Shown in pieces: positions 1 through 10,464 of a stretch of 47,426 nt of DNA. The stretch lies in the IMG/VR virus record IMGVR_UViG_2778261504_000010, positions 1-47,426 of that record; one strand, 5' to 3'. The translations under genes were made by a program, and so were the position numbers. Origin of the DNA: a virus (Duplodnaviria > Heunggongvirae > Uroviricota > Caudoviricetes). Numbering within the stretch: position 1 is the first letter of the stretch; every line of letters begins with the position of its first letter. The notes beneath the pieces were generated by a model. It made no database searches. It was given only the letters and a program-made list of their open reading frames with translations, and had not been told where the DNA came from.

Positions 1-162
1 TGCTCGCCCTGAGGGCCGGTATCACCTTTAGGACCCTGTTCACCCCGTGGCCCTTGCTCGCCCTGAGGGCCGGTATCACCTTTAGGACCCTGTTCACCCC
101 GTGGCCCTTGCTCGCCCTGAGGACCTGTGTCGCCTTTAGGACCTGTTTCTCCCTGCGGGCCT
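1..162. repeat. 54-bp tandem direct repeat, two identical copies (1-54, 55-108) plus a degenerate third (109-~162), coding for collagen-like triplets
   Basis: Unit tgctcgccctgagggccggtatcacctttaggaccctgttcaccccgtggccct repeats exactly at period 54. Confidence 0.85.
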
Positions 163-782
163 TGCGGTCCTGGTGTTTTTGCAATCTCTTTCGCTTCTTC
201 CAGCGCTGTCAGTGCACCGGACTCGTGCAACTCCGCGTTTTTTGCTGCCTGTTCTGCACGATCTGCATCCAGTGAAACCGAAGACACAATTTGTTCCACG
301 TGCTTTTTATCTTCGGCAACGGATTCTGCATTCTGCTGTACGTTATCCGCCAGCGTCTCGCAGTCGCTCTTAATTTGTTGCGCATCAGCGACATGTTGCC
401 CGGCCTGTCGTTCGCTTTTCGCTGCCGCTTCCGCGCTCTGCTGCGCCTGCGCCACCATTTCCTCAAAGCGTTTCACTACATCCGGCTTTAAATCGCCTTC
501 ATCAAGGGCAGTCAGAAAATCATTCAGTGTGCCGGGCTTTGAGTCGTCGTAAACCGAAATGTCACCCACGCAGCACTTAGGGCCGTTCTTTTGCTTGATG
601 TGTACGGTGTATTTACCTTTTTGTGCTTCAAAGGCATACTGTCCCGCCGCATCGGTTTCAATAACCGCAAATGATTCAGTGACCACTTCACTGGTATTAA
701 CCAGTGCATCTAAATAAATTTTGCATTCCGCCATCGGAACGCCAGCGCCATTAATCAGCGCCCCTGAAATTAATACAGACAT
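1..782 (-). CDS. tail fibre protein, N-terminal 260 codons (gene runs off window start); lambda Stf-like N-terminus then collagen-like Gly-X-Y repeats
   Basis: My translation from ATG at 782-780 (GAGG 5-8 nt upstream): [27 protein letters not shown]...[27 protein letters not shown]...[29 protein letters not shown]. Not in ORF track because truncated. Confidence 0.65.
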   Translation of the reverse strand, partial: MSVLISGALINGAGVPMAECKIYLDALVNTSEVVTESFAVIETDAAGQYAFEAQKGKYTVHIKQKNGPKCCVGDISVYDDSKPGTLNDFLTALDEGDLKPDVVKRFEEMVAQAQQSAEAAAKSERQAGQHVADAQQIKSDCETLADNVQQNAESVAEDKKHVEQIVSSVSLDADRAEQAAKNAELHESGALTALEEAKEIAKTPGPQGPQGETGPKGDTGPQGEQGPRGEQGPKGDTGPQGEQGPRGEQGPKGDTGPQGE

Positions 783-827
783 AGAGCCTCTGAGTGATAA
801 AAAACCGCCTGCTGGCGGCTGTGGAAT

Positions 828-1403
828 TTATTCAAAGTCTGACCAGTCGATATCTGGTGCATTTTCCGGTTGAATACGATTTAACTTTATTCGTAATTTT
901 CTGAGGGCTGTCAGTTGCTCCTGTTCCTCTGGTGTTGCTTCACCAAAATCAACAGCATCCTGTAAGATTGCGATTTGTTCTCCAGTCTGTTTCAGCAGGC
1001 TGGCTTTCTTTTCTGCCGCCTGATTAATCAGCGCATCACGCTTCGCCTCTTCATCCGTCACCCACTGACTGCCATCCCAGCGCTGGTATTCTCCGTCTGG
1101 TGCAATAAATGTGACATTTTCAGGAAGTTCCCCCAGTTCAGATATCGGGACTGCATTTCCGGTTTCTGTTGAATAAACCGTTTCCCCCCGATGGTCTTCA
1201 ACCAGACGCCATGAATTGTCAGCAGTATCAAACATTGCTGTAAAACCTTCGGGGATTTCCGGCGGTACAATATCCGTACAGTTTGCGGGTAATCCGGTAT
1301 GAGGCGGTATATAAGCGTCACCACTGCCGATAAATTCTTTTGTATCTTCAAGAAAATTAAATACACGAATGGTCCGTGCTTTATCGCTCATTTTAAAAGT
1401 CAT
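828..1403 (-). CDS. tail fibre assembly protein (Mu U-like)
   Basis: 191-aa ORF immediately downstream of tail fibre gene, overlapping stop/start; position and size typical of Tfa chaperones. Confidence 0.7.
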   Translation of the reverse strand: MTFKMSDKARTIRVFNFLEDTKEFIGSGDAYIPPHTGLPANCTDIVPPEIPEGFTAMFDTADNSWRLVEDHRGETVYSTETGNAVPISELGELPENVTFIAPDGEYQRWDGSQWVTDEEAKRDALINQAAEKKASLLKQTGEQIAILQDAVDFGEATPEEQEQLTALRKLRIKLNRIQPENAPDIDWSDFE

Positions 1404-2437
1404 TATGCAAGCCTCACAATATAGTTAAATGCGATGTTTTTGACGGTGTTTTCCGTATTGCCCGCAGCGTTAACGGTGATGGTGTGTCCGTGTGGACCAA
1501 TAGCAACGGAGTGTGCATGTGCACCAATTGGAACAGCGTGCGCATGGTTACCTGTAGTGTTTGTGACACCAGACCAGGTTCTGGAAGCGTTAAAGTTTAC
1601 AGGAACACCATAAGTAAAATTAGAACCCGTAAATCCATGGGATGCCGCAGAGCCACCCAGTGTAAATGCTCCACTTGCTGTATAGAAATTACCGCTATCA
1701 CTCCTGAAGTAACCGAGAGTACCGGTAATTTCCATAGTGCCTCGGTTGTGGTTATGGTCACCAGTGGCATTTGAAGACTTAGTACCATAATCAAACGACG
1801 ACGTGGTTTTCGTCCCCAAATCCGTACTGGACGCACTGGCACTGTGGGCGTGTGATTTAATGCCGTCCTGCTCCTGAGACAATACAGCACGACCACTGGC
1901 AGGCTTACCCTTGATTGTCCAGCCCCGCATATCCGGGATAATCCCGGATGGGTAGACAGCTGCAAGTTTAGGGTAAGAGCCTTTATCAAAGCTCTGCCCC
2001 TGCATTAAGGCATAGCCGGGTGGCACTGAATCAGACGGCCACGGTATTGGGGTACCTACCGGTAAAGCCACTCCCTGCAATTCTGTTATTTTTTCCGCCA
2101 GTGATTTTACTGCCTTTGGTGTGGCTGCTTCCGTTTCTGAATCACTGTCTGTTGCGCTACTGAGCTGAACGATGCCCTTCTTCGTTAATGATGCGTCAGG
2201 AACTTTTTTCCCGACATATTGCGATATAGCATCAACCAGTTGATTTTGTTTCTTCGGGTCCGGTGATATATCAGCCGCACGGAGCAAATTAATAAGTTCC
2301 TGTTGCAGGTCACGAATGGCTCCCTGCTGATTATTCATGTGTTCAGCATAAACAATAGTGCCCTCAATGCCCTGAGTGGGGTCACCATCGTGAAACAATT
2401 GATCCGGCGTATTCACCGGAGGCATTAAATTCTGCAT
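1403..2437 (-). CDS. tail fibre protein (Mu S-like) with His-rich HxH C-terminal tip
   Basis: 344 aa; motif [31 protein letters not shown] as in P2 H/Mu S fibres; C-terminus [23 protein letters not shown]. Confidence 0.8.
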   Translation of the reverse strand: MQNLMPPVNTPDQLFHDGDPTQGIEGTIVYAEHMNNQQGAIRDLQQELINLLRAADISPDPKKQNQLVDAISQYVGKKVPDASLTKKGIVQLSSATDSDSETEAATPKAVKSLAEKITELQGVALPVGTPIPWPSDSVPPGYALMQGQSFDKGSYPKLAAVYPSGIIPDMRGWTIKGKPASGRAVLSQEQDGIKSHAHSASASSTDLGTKTTSSFDYGTKSSNATGDHNHNRGTMEITGTLGYFRSDSGNFYTASGAFTLGGSAASHGFTGSNFTYGVPVNFNASRTWSGVTNTTGNHAHAVPIGAHAHSVAIGPHGHTITVNAAGNTENTVKNIAFNYIVRLA

Positions 2438-3009
2438 TACTGCTTATCCTCATACGTGAAATAACAGTCTGTAAAAGCCGGTTTAAGGTCTTTAAACGTG
2501 TTTTCTAAAATGGATTCACCAAAAGCTGTCAGCGGTTCGCCTGTTGCAGATGCGCCCGTTCTGAAACGGTATACCGGCGTTTTTGCACCAATAACATTGA
2601 CCTGCCATACCCAGCGCATTTCAGGGATAAACAGACGGTCACCGCAACGATTTACCCCGGTGTGAAAGGCTCGTGGTTCGGTTATCGTTATGGTGTATCC
2701 CAGGCTTGCGGCCAGATTTTTAAAATAGGGAATGGACAGCCCGCCCGTTGCCGCCATTTTTACCAGGATGTTCTGCCGCCGCTCCTGTTGGGTTGCCCCT
2801 TCACGGGGGACAACACCATACACGCGCTCCCAGTCGGACAGTGTCATTGATGCCTGCAACGGGGTGATTTGTGCCAGAACGCGCGCCGCTGAGGCCTTCA
2901 CGGCCTCCATGACGTTAGCCTCGGCTGTCAGCTCCGCGGAAATATATTTCCCGTTCAGGTCATAACTGACCGGCGGCAGCATGACGCGGAATAAATCGAC
3001 TGTATTCAC
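2437..3009 (-). CDS. tail/baseplate protein (Mu gp48-like)
   Basis: 190-aa ORF in conserved position between baseplate J-like gene and tail fibre; start overlaps upstream stop. Confidence 0.55.
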   Translation of the reverse strand: MNTVDLFRVMLPPVSYDLNGKYISAELTAEANVMEAVKASAARVLAQITPLQASMTLSDWERVYGVVPREGATQQERRQNILVKMAATGGLSIPYFKNLAASLGYTITITEPRAFHTGVNRCGDRLFIPEMRWVWQVNVIGAKTPVYRFRTGASATGEPLTAFGESILENTFKDLKPAFTDCYFTYEDKQ

Positions 3010-3012
3010 GAA

Positions 3013-4092
3013 TTAACCCTCCCGGGGAAATGGCTGAATATCAATATTTCCGGGGCGCAGCCATTCCCACGTTGACGCATTAATCACGGCTTTTACATTC
3101 CCGTCAGGCGTGATTATTTTTCTGTCACTCACACCGGAAATGAGTGAAATCTGGGTTTCCAGTTGTGAAATAATTAATTCCTGCCCCGGCTCCAGTCGGT
3201 TCATGAAATCCGTGACAACGTCAGTTATCTGCGGTTTTATCTGCTCAACGGTCAGGCCGCTGGTTTTTACCCGGACAACGAAATCAACGGTTTTTTTCGT
3301 CGGAGCCAGTACCATCGTGTCCTTCGCTGTAACCGGGCGGACTTCCTCAATATGTGCCAGCACGGCATTGATCAGTTCCTGCGAGGGGAGGTCATTGGCT
3401 GACGTAATAGCCACATCAACAGTACCTTTCCCTCTGCGCAATGGCTCCACATATGCAGACGTAACGCCATCCACTTCCAGCGCCCAGCGTTTGTAATCAT
3501 ATTTATTACCGCCAGCGGGCGGCCTGCGCAGAATATCCAGATAACGCGCCAGCAGGTCGGCGTCGCTTTCCCTGTCCGTTCCGCCGGTCAGGGATTTAAT
3601 CGTCACCGTGCTGTTGATGCCTTCCGGTGGGCTGACCAGCGTTGCCGTCTGCGTCGTGGATGCATTCGTCTGTGCACCCGTGGCGGTGCTTTTTACCGTC
3701 ACCTCTGCGCTGCCTTCATCACCGATGGTGCACTCTGCGGTGGTGGTCACGCTGACACCTTCACCACGAATTTCCGCACCGGCTGGCAGCGTCTTACCGG
3801 GTGTGCCGGTAATCACTGCCTGACCGGATGAGGCCGTTGCCTTTTTACGAAAAACATTGCGCGTACGACAGTGCAGCTCCAGATATTCAGGGTCTGCCGT
3901 ATCAGGAAACACCTGACGGAGTATCCACCCCTGATGCATATAAAGCCCGTCAGCCACGCCGGATACGGCATTTGCACGAATGCGGTAATCGCTGTCAGCG
4001 CCGGTGTCGATGGTTTCTCCCGGCAGGGCGTTAGCGATATCACGTAGCTGGCGTTCTGTGTTTTCAGCAACGCCCGGAACAGGAAACGGCAT
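3013..4092 (-). CDS. baseplate J-like protein (Mu gp47-like)
   Basis: 359-aa ORF, position and size in baseplate module. Confidence 0.7.
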   Translation of the reverse strand: MPFPVPGVAENTERQLRDIANALPGETIDTGADSDYRIRANAVSGVADGLYMHQGWILRQVFPDTADPEYLELHCRTRNVFRKKATASSGQAVITGTPGKTLPAGAEIRGEGVSVTTTAECTIGDEGSAEVTVKSTATGAQTNASTTQTATLVSPPEGINSTVTIKSLTGGTDRESDADLLARYLDILRRPPAGGNKYDYKRWALEVDGVTSAYVEPLRRGKGTVDVAITSANDLPSQELINAVLAHIEEVRPVTAKDTMVLAPTKKTVDFVVRVKTSGLTVEQIKPQITDVVTDFMNRLEPGQELIISQLETQISLISGVSDRKIITPDGNVKAVINASTWEWLRPGNIDIQPFPREG

Positions 4093-4442
4093 TACATAAT
4101 CCTCACAGGGTGTTCAAACGTCTGCGGTGTGCCCGCGTTATCCGTGACGGTGATTAACAGCAACAGCCAGCCGCGCTGGCCCGCTTTCGTGTCAACGGTA
4201 ATGGATTTTGCCCGCCCGTCATCAAGCAGGGGCTGAAGTGCCTGGCTGGCATACTGCGCCGCAAGCCTGTGAACACGGGAAACGTCTTTTTCCCGCTTCA
4301 GTTCGTGCAGGCGTGACCCCAGCGACGCATCCGCCCAGTAACTGCCAAGCGGTGTCGCCAGTCGCAGATAAACCGCGTTATGGAGTGTGTAAATCCGGCG
4401 GCGTTCGTAGTCGCCGGTTGCAGGTGAAATCGTCTGGTCCAT
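4092..4442 (-). CDS. baseplate protein (Mu gp46-like, small wedge protein)
   Basis: 116-aa ORF in synteny with Mu baseplate module. Confidence 0.6.
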   Translation of the reverse strand: MDQTISPATGDYERRRIYTLHNAVYLRLATPLGSYWADASLGSRLHELKREKDVSRVHRLAAQYASQALQPLLDDGRAKSITVDTKAGQRGWLLLLITVTDNAGTPQTFEHPVRIM

Positions 4443-4495
4443 GCCGCCAGTCTGGCAGCATGGACAGGTCAGAATCAGGTGAGGGTGTTCAGCAC

Positions 4496-5149
4496 TTAAT
4501 TATGCGGCAGGCCGGATATGCCGTGAGGGGTATCGTGTTTGTGTGTTCCGATTTTAACGCCATTAATGGTGACGTCAACGGAGGTAATCACACCACCCAC
4601 ATGGTTGATGTTGCCTTCAAAAGTGGCGGCGTATTCCTTGCCTCCACGGATGGCCATGCCACCGTTGCCGGTGATTTTACCTTCCACCGTCAGCTTATCG
4701 CTGGCCGTCAGTAACGGTGTCGTGAATGCGGCGTTCTCCTCTGCCTCAACCTCATAGCGTTTGCATTTCACCCGGTAAACGTCACATTCTGTTTCAATAA
4801 TCCGCCCGCGCTTCAGCACAATTTTCGCGCCTTCGTCGGTATACAGGGCCACCTCGCCGGGTTTCAGTTCCGTCAGGCGATATGCGCCGTGCTCGGTGGC
4901 CACGACGACGGTATGGGAGGTATTACCGTTCAGCGGAACGGCAATACCCATTGAGCCGGGCGGCGGGGATGTGGTGAGGCCGTAATGCTGAAAATACTCC
5001 GCACCGTCCAGCTGTTCGCCTGCCAGCCCGTTCAGCTGAAGCAACTGCACTTTGGTCGAACTGTCCACCGTACCGGTCACCACCCTGAATGCCTGGCGAA
5101 CGGCGGCCAGTGCCTGCTGTATGCGCTGATTAACCTTGTCCCACATCAT
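4496..5149 (-). CDS. baseplate assembly/spike protein (gpV-type, Mu gp45-like)
   Basis: 217-aa ORF; synteny. Confidence 0.65.
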   Translation of the reverse strand: MMWDKVNQRIQQALAAVRQAFRVVTGTVDSSTKVQLLQLNGLAGEQLDGAEYFQHYGLTTSPPPGSMGIAVPLNGNTSHTVVVATEHGAYRLTELKPGEVALYTDEGAKIVLKRGRIIETECDVYRVKCKRYEVEAEENAAFTTPLLTASDKLTVEGKITGNGGMAIRGGKEYAATFEGNINHVGGVITSVDVTINGVKIGTHKHDTPHGISGLPHN

Positions 5150-6348
5150 TTCTCCCAGACCTTAACAATGGCGACTTCTTTTTTCTTTTTGCCCCTGCGG
5201 TGATGGCGTTTCTTCTCGCGCGGGAAGGCATCAGGTATCCACACACCATCCTCCTTAAAGCGGAGCCGGGTTGTCTGCCCGCTCCGGCCTCCGCTGAACT
5301 CGCGGCCCATCAGAAAAAAGATGGCATCGATGCCGTGGGGTTCGCTGACAATTCGCACACGCTGTCCGGGCTGCCACAGGACACCGTCCGCCGTACGATG
5401 ACCTGCAACCAGTGCGACGATATCCAGCCCCGACAGGCGGGCATCACTCATCATTTTTTTGGCGCGCCAGTTCACCTGCTCCATGTTGCTGGTGTCGCCC
5501 TGGGTGATTATCTGCGGGCGGTAATAATCCACGGTGGGGTCGGTGGCCACGGCTTTCATGTTATGAATGCCTGTCTGACCACTGCCTGTATTATGCCCGG
5601 ATAATGTGCGCACGCTGCCGTCCTCGTTCCAGATATCCAGCGGCACCACGGCCACCTGTTTCTTGCTGTCTGCGCGGCGGGCGTGGCTTTGAGCCAGTAC
5701 CGTCAGCTCGGAGAAACAGCCGTTAATGGACCGGGTATCGTCCAGCTCCATCACGTTGTTCCCGGTGCCGTCCAGCTTCATAATCAGTGTGTCCACTGGC
5801 GTGGTGGTGTAGTCAGGGCCTCCCACAACCAGCGTCCCGTCAGGCTCAAACCACGGCCATAAGCCGCGACCGGCGGCAGCTTTAGCCAGTGCATCCCACG
5901 CACGCATCCCCGGCTCTATAACGACCTTGTCATTACGTGACACACCGGACGCCTGAATACGGATGCGCTGTATCCCCAGCGGTCTGACAATCCTGTCGAT
6001 GACCTCGTCCAGTGTCAGCTGGTTGGCACTGAATACCGGCGCGGCACAGTCTACCAGAATGGCGGCATCATCACGCCCGGACAGGGTCAGCGTGCAGCTC
6101 TGACGGGATACACTGCGGCGCACGCTGTCCACGCGACCACTGAGGACCGTCTCGTCTCCCACCTGCAAACGGACCGGCGCACCCCGGACGATATCCGCCG
6201 GGAACACCTTTTCAGGCAGTCCCAGCTGAAGCTGCCACCCGTCGGCGGCTTTCAGGAAATCGCTGTCAATACGATAACTGCTCCAGTCAGAATGCGACCT
6301 TCCGGCAATGACCAGGCTGATTTTGTCGTCGTTATTTTGCATAGGCAT
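5146..6348 (-). CDS. baseplate hub protein (Mu P-like, gpD-like)
   Basis: 400-aa ORF; synteny with Mu N-P. Confidence 0.7.
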   Translation of the reverse strand: MPMQNNDDKISLVIAGRSHSDWSSYRIDSDFLKAADGWQLQLGLPEKVFPADIVRGAPVRLQVGDETVLSGRVDSVRRSVSRQSCTLTLSGRDDAAILVDCAAPVFSANQLTLDEVIDRIVRPLGIQRIRIQASGVSRNDKVVIEPGMRAWDALAKAAAGRGLWPWFEPDGTLVVGGPDYTTTPVDTLIMKLDGTGNNVMELDDTRSINGCFSELTVLAQSHARRADSKKQVAVVPLDIWNEDGSVRTLSGHNTGSGQTGIHNMKAVATDPTVDYYRPQIITQGDTSNMEQVNWRAKKMMSDARLSGLDIVALVAGHRTADGVLWQPGQRVRIVSEPHGIDAIFFLMGREFSGGRSGQTTRLRFKEDGVWIPDAFPREKKRHHRRGKKKKEVAIVKVWEK

Positions 6349-7681
6349 TAATCACCATCCCGGCGGTTATGTTGTTCGGGTCACGCAGTTGCGGGTTCAG
6401 ACGTTGCAGCTCTGCCGCACGGCTGTAATCGCCGTACCACTGCCACGCCAGCAACAGCAGACAGCTGTCCGCCAGCACCTGTTTCTGCGTCAGCGGTGGG
6501 CGGCGTGAAAGCACCAGCAGGCCGACATCCTGCACGGATGCCGCCACGTTTTTCATGCTCTGAATGATTTCCGGGTACATCAGTCCCAGCGGTGATGCGG
6601 TTTCGGTTATCCGTTCGCGTTCGCCTTCATAGCGTTCACGGAACAGCGTGATAGCTGCCTGTAAGCGGGTGCGCACATCCCCGACCAGTCGCCCGATATC
6701 CGCCGGTATAAGCTGTTCTGACTGGGCTTCATCGGACAGTATCGCTGTCGCCACGCTGGCCAGCTCTGAGGCCGCCAGGACCGCATAAGCCGCTTTCACG
6801 TCCTGTACGTCTTCCACGGACGCATCCGGCGGAAGTGCCACAGACGGCGTTTTATCACCGCTGACCAGTGCGACCGGCAGCGCGACCAGCTCATCCATAT
6901 CTGCCATCACCTCATTCCAGCAGGTCATCACTGTCGCAGAACTGGCGACGCTGTCTTCTCCGGTCAGTCCGGTCGTGGTGGCGGAATCAGTACGCTCCAG
7001 CACCGGCACCGCGTGCCCGACATCTGACGTGTGGATTTCCAGCACCTCTGCCAGCCCGCCGATAAACTTTCCGGGTTCGCTGGCCAGTGACATCATATTG
7101 TCGATGGATGAGAGAAAATCGCTTTTGAACGTCAGCAGGGTATTCACCAGCGTGGCACGTACCGTCTGGATTTTTTTAATCACGCTGTTAATGGTCTTTA
7201 AAGGGGCCGTAACAGCGTCAAATAATTCGCTTAACTGTGCCAGTAACTTATCCAGTTCTTCAAATAACTGCTGTGCAAACAGCTCCGGTAACGGGGTGCT
7301 GAACAACGCGCTGCCGGTGCGGTTCTCCAGAAAGCTCATGTCGATGGTGCAGCTGTCCGGGCTTTCTGCGTCATGGCGAATGCTGTAGCCGGTCACAATC
7401 ACCGACGGAACGGAGCCATAAACCGGGTGAATCAGCTCACCATCGCCGCCTTCGTCCAGGGCGGCGATCAGCTTTTCGAGTTTATATTCGTAATACTCCC
7501 CCCACAGGAACGCCGTCATGCGGAACGGTCGCGCCTTGCGTCCGAGGTCGTGCAAATCCGCCCCGTCAACAAACGGGTATTCATAGACCGCATGGTCGCG
7601 GCTGATTTGTTCATCCGTGTTCAGCACATCAAACTGCACGCCACGAAAGGAGGCGTTTTGCAGGTTTTCAGCCCAGCCCAT
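6332..7681 (-). CDS. DNA circularisation protein N-like
   Basis: 449-aa ORF directly downstream of tape measure, as in Mu. Confidence 0.7.
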   Translation of the reverse strand: MGWAENLQNASFRGVQFDVLNTDEQISRDHAVYEYPFVDGADLHDLGRKARPFRMTAFLWGEYYEYKLEKLIAALDEGGDGELIHPVYGSVPSVIVTGYSIRHDAESPDSCTIDMSFLENRTGSALFSTPLPELFAQQLFEELDKLLAQLSELFDAVTAPLKTINSVIKKIQTVRATLVNTLLTFKSDFLSSIDNMMSLASEPGKFIGGLAEVLEIHTSDVGHAVPVLERTDSATTTGLTGEDSVASSATVMTCWNEVMADMDELVALPVALVSGDKTPSVALPPDASVEDVQDVKAAYAVLAASELASVATAILSDEAQSEQLIPADIGRLVGDVRTRLQAAITLFRERYEGERERITETASPLGLMYPEIIQSMKNVAASVQDVGLLVLSRRPPLTQKQVLADSCLLLLAWQWYGDYSRAAELQRLNPQLRDPNNITAGMVINAYAK

Positions 7682-9918
7682 CAGTAAGTTCCTCCCGTGC
7701 CTCTGTTGCCGTCCTGAAGGTTGTATTTATTCACCGCTTCCGCCACGACCTGACCATCGAGCACCAGTTGTGTGGTGAAATTTATGGGGCTGGCAGGTGG
7801 TCCCCAGTGCGTGAGGTATTCCGGCTGGGTGATGCGTCCGGGTTGCTTTGATGCTGATTCAGGCGTTGTGTTTCCAGCGGCTTTGTTCACCTGCTCCGGT
7901 GATGGCAGAGCATCAGCTGCGGCTTTCAGCTCATTATCCCGTTTAAGCATTCCTTCACGGGTAAAGAACAAGGAGCCATCGTCTGCAAAAAACAAACCAT
8001 GATTATCTGTAAAGTTCTTGATGGTATCGCCAACAACAGCCCCATAAAGTTCTTCTGCGGCCTCATAGCCTGCGTAAATGGTTACAATTTTTCCGGCTGC
8101 GCCCATTATTTTCCCCAGACGTCCCTGATTGCCGGAAGCGACTTCACTGATATCTTTTACTTTGGATGCCGTATCCCCAATATCATCGGGTTTATCTGCT
8201 TCTCCAGACGTTTTATTACCAGTAATAAATTTCAGTCCGGCAAAAGTGACAGCGGCAGCGGTCATCGCTTTAATGGCGGTGGTGGCAGTTACCACGGATG
8301 TGGTCAGTCCTGGAAACTCTTTTCCCGCCCAGGTGATCGCATCAGCTACTGTCCCGGATGCATCAGCCAGTTTTTTCACACCATCCATTTGTGAAAATTC
8401 AATGGTGTTTTTAGCCTGCCCGGTTTTAAAATCATTCGTGTCTGATATGAATTTAAAATCCACATCACCCGCGCGCTGACCTTCCGGCAGGGTGCGCTGC
8501 TGATTAATCGCGTCTTCAACCTTTTTCCGGTATTCCGGGTTGTTACGGTAGGCTAACAACGCCATCAACGCCTGACGGTCTGCAACCAGCTTTCCGACAC
8601 CAAAGCCTTCAAGGAGTGTTGTCATCGAATCATAAACAGCCGTCTGCTCGCCTTTGTCCCGGGCGGATGCCAGTTTCTTTTGCAGCTCCTGATAGCGTTT
8701 ATCGCTGGCAACAATTTTGTCTATCAGGCTGGACAGCGCGTCTATCGGATCCAGTCCATGCTTGCGCGCTTCAGTCAGCGTACCTGAAAAATCAATCCCT
8801 TTACCGTTGTAATCAATGCTCTTTGCCGCAGTTTCAATATCATGGCTGGTCAGTTTGGCCAGCAGGTTAACCACGTTATTTCCGGCTTCATCACTGCTGC
8901 CCGCCGTGATGGCGGCAGCTTCATTCAGCGCCAGAATCTTGACGAAATCATCTTTGCCTTTCATCCCCGCAGCTGACGCAGCGCCCATTTGCTGGGATAA
9001 CCAGCGGGCCATGTCGTTCAGTTCAAAGCTGCCTTCTTTGCCCGCTGCAATCGCCATATTCAGAACGGTGGAAATATCTTCATCCCTGAATCCAAAGGTC
9101 TTTTTGCCCTTAATCATCACCTTAGCCAGGTCTGTCGCTGATGCACCGGAAGCCGTGGCGTATTTCATCAGTTCAGGTAGCCACTTACTGGCTGTTTCAA
9201 ATGAAATGCCGTCTTTCAGCAGGGCATCCAGCGTTTCGGCTGCGTCTTCTTTCGTACCGCCGCCATAGGTCACCGCGTTACGGATGCTGCTTTTCATCTG
9301 CTCAAGACCAGCCCTGCGCCCCTCCAGCCCACCATCACTGAAGGCGGTATTGGCCATCATTGCCAGCTGGCGTTCGTAGCTCATCTGTCTTTTGACTGGC
9401 TGCGCCATAATGGCAGCACCTGCTGCAATACCACCGCCTATTGTCACGGCATTCCCGCCAAATGCAGCCGCACGGGCAAAGCGCCCCCGTTCAGGGATAA
9501 CAGGCGTTTTCGCCATCTTCATCTGAGCCTGAGTAACGCCATCCAGTTCACGCTTGAGTGCCCGGGCTTTTTCCCGGGTGGCCTGCATGGCGCGTTCCTG
9601 CTCCTGCGCAGATTCAAAACCGGCGCGGGCCAGACGGTTATAACTGGCAACCGTCAGATAAATTTCACGCCGGATCTCGCGTTCTGCACGAATACCGAGC
9701 GTTTCCCGGGCACGGGCGGCACGCTGTATCTCTTTTGCGGCCTTTTTCGTGCTGTTAATGCTTTCCTGCTCGGTACGCTTCTGCTCTGCGCCTGCTTTCC
9801 GGGTTGCCTTTGTTACACCTTCGGTGGCTTTGATAACCTGTTTTTGTCCCTTTTCCAGGACCTGCGAGGCTTCGTCCTTCGCAGTCAGGGTCATGCCAAC
9901 TTTGAAATTACCGGCCAT
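7681..9918 (-). CDS. tail tape measure protein
   Basis: 745-aa ORF, alpha-helical Ala/Lys/Glu-rich N-terminal half, Gly-rich central region; position between chaperone and baseplate. Confidence 0.85.
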   Translation of the reverse strand: MAGNFKVGMTLTAKDEASQVLEKGQKQVIKATEGVTKATRKAGAEQKRTEQESINSTKKAAKEIQRAARARETLGIRAEREIRREIYLTVASYNRLARAGFESAQEQERAMQATREKARALKRELDGVTQAQMKMAKTPVIPERGRFARAAAFGGNAVTIGGGIAAGAAIMAQPVKRQMSYERQLAMMANTAFSDGGLEGRRAGLEQMKSSIRNAVTYGGGTKEDAAETLDALLKDGISFETASKWLPELMKYATASGASATDLAKVMIKGKKTFGFRDEDISTVLNMAIAAGKEGSFELNDMARWLSQQMGAASAAGMKGKDDFVKILALNEAAAITAGSSDEAGNNVVNLLAKLTSHDIETAAKSIDYNGKGIDFSGTLTEARKHGLDPIDALSSLIDKIVASDKRYQELQKKLASARDKGEQTAVYDSMTTLLEGFGVGKLVADRQALMALLAYRNNPEYRKKVEDAINQQRTLPEGQRAGDVDFKFISDTNDFKTGQAKNTIEFSQMDGVKKLADASGTVADAITWAGKEFPGLTTSVVTATTAIKAMTAAAVTFAGLKFITGNKTSGEADKPDDIGDTASKVKDISEVASGNQGRLGKIMGAAGKIVTIYAGYEAAEELYGAVVGDTIKNFTDNHGLFFADDGSLFFTREGMLKRDNELKAAADALPSPEQVNKAAGNTTPESASKQPGRITQPEYLTHWGPPASPINFTTQLVLDGQVVAEAVNKYNLQDGNRGTGGTY

Positions 9919-10066
9919 TTTTCTGCTTACCTTTTCTGCGTTTCTTTCTGAGGGATTTAAATGACTGGCGGGTGGTCTGTGATGTGTCCTTTCTTCCTGA
10001 GCTGCCGCCGTTCAGTCTGTCAACGGCGGCAAGCCAGCCGTCCAGCTCGGGACGGCTCATGGTCAT
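9908..10066 (-). CDS. small ORF in -1 frame bridging chaperone and tape measure (possible frameshift extension of tail assembly chaperone)
   Basis: My translation: MTMSRPELDGWLAAVDRLNGGSSGRKDTSQTTRQSFKSLRKKRRKGKQKNGR; the frame is open upstream into the chaperone gene and ends overlapping the tape-measure ATG. Confidence 0.4.
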   Translation of the reverse strand: MTMSRPELDGWLAAVDRLNGGSSGRKDTSQTTRQSFKSLRKKRRKGKQKNGR

Positions 10067-10080
10067 GATTTGCTCTTCGG

Positions 10081-10464
10081 TTATTCCGTAGCGCCCGAGG
10101 ATGAGGACTGCGAGCCGGAGTCCGGCGAGCCGGGATTCCCGCCGTTCCGCTTTACCTTCAGGACGTTGCGTGATGCCAGCAGAATATTAAAATCGTCCGG
10201 CGTCATGTTGTCGTGTAACAGCTCCGCCGTCAGTTCTTCCTGCGGGATATCCCCAAGACGGACCAGCGTTGCCGCCATCACTGCGCAACGGTAGTAATAA
10301 TCTGCCGCGAAGCCGTCCACCGTCTGAAAGCGTTCTTCGGTTTCTTCCAGTGCCTGCCCGTTATCACGCATGACCGGCAGACGCAGCTCAAAGTTTTTAT
10401 GAACGGTGCCGTTAAATACCACGCCATCAGACAGTTCGCCGGTCTGTGTATTAATCAAAGTCAT
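10081..10464 (-). CDS. tail assembly chaperone-like protein
   Basis: 127-aa ORF between tail tube and tape measure; C-terminus Ser/Gly-rich. Confidence 0.5.
   Translation of the reverse strand: MTLINTQTGELSDGVVFNGTVHKNFELRLPVMRDNGQALEETEERFQTVDGFAADYYYRCAVMAATLVRLGDIPQEELTAELLHDNMTPDDFNILLASRNVLKVKRNGGNPGSPDSGSQSSSSGATE

Noticed and set aside
1-162. Possible CRISPR-like array suggested by exact 54-bp repeats
   Set aside because: Repeats are directly tandem with no spacers and encode in-frame Gly-X-Y triplets of a tail-fibre protein.
54-552. Plus-strand ORFs 54..275, 127..552, 173..373, 291..491
   Set aside because: They lie antisense to the minus-strand tail-fibre gene; Cys/Ser-rich low-complexity translations are typical of shadow ORFs.
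8816-9268. Plus-strand ORFs inside the tape-measure gene (7772..9341 series)
   Set aside because: Antisense shadows of a long well-supported minus-strand gene, with Ser/Ala/Pro-rich translations.
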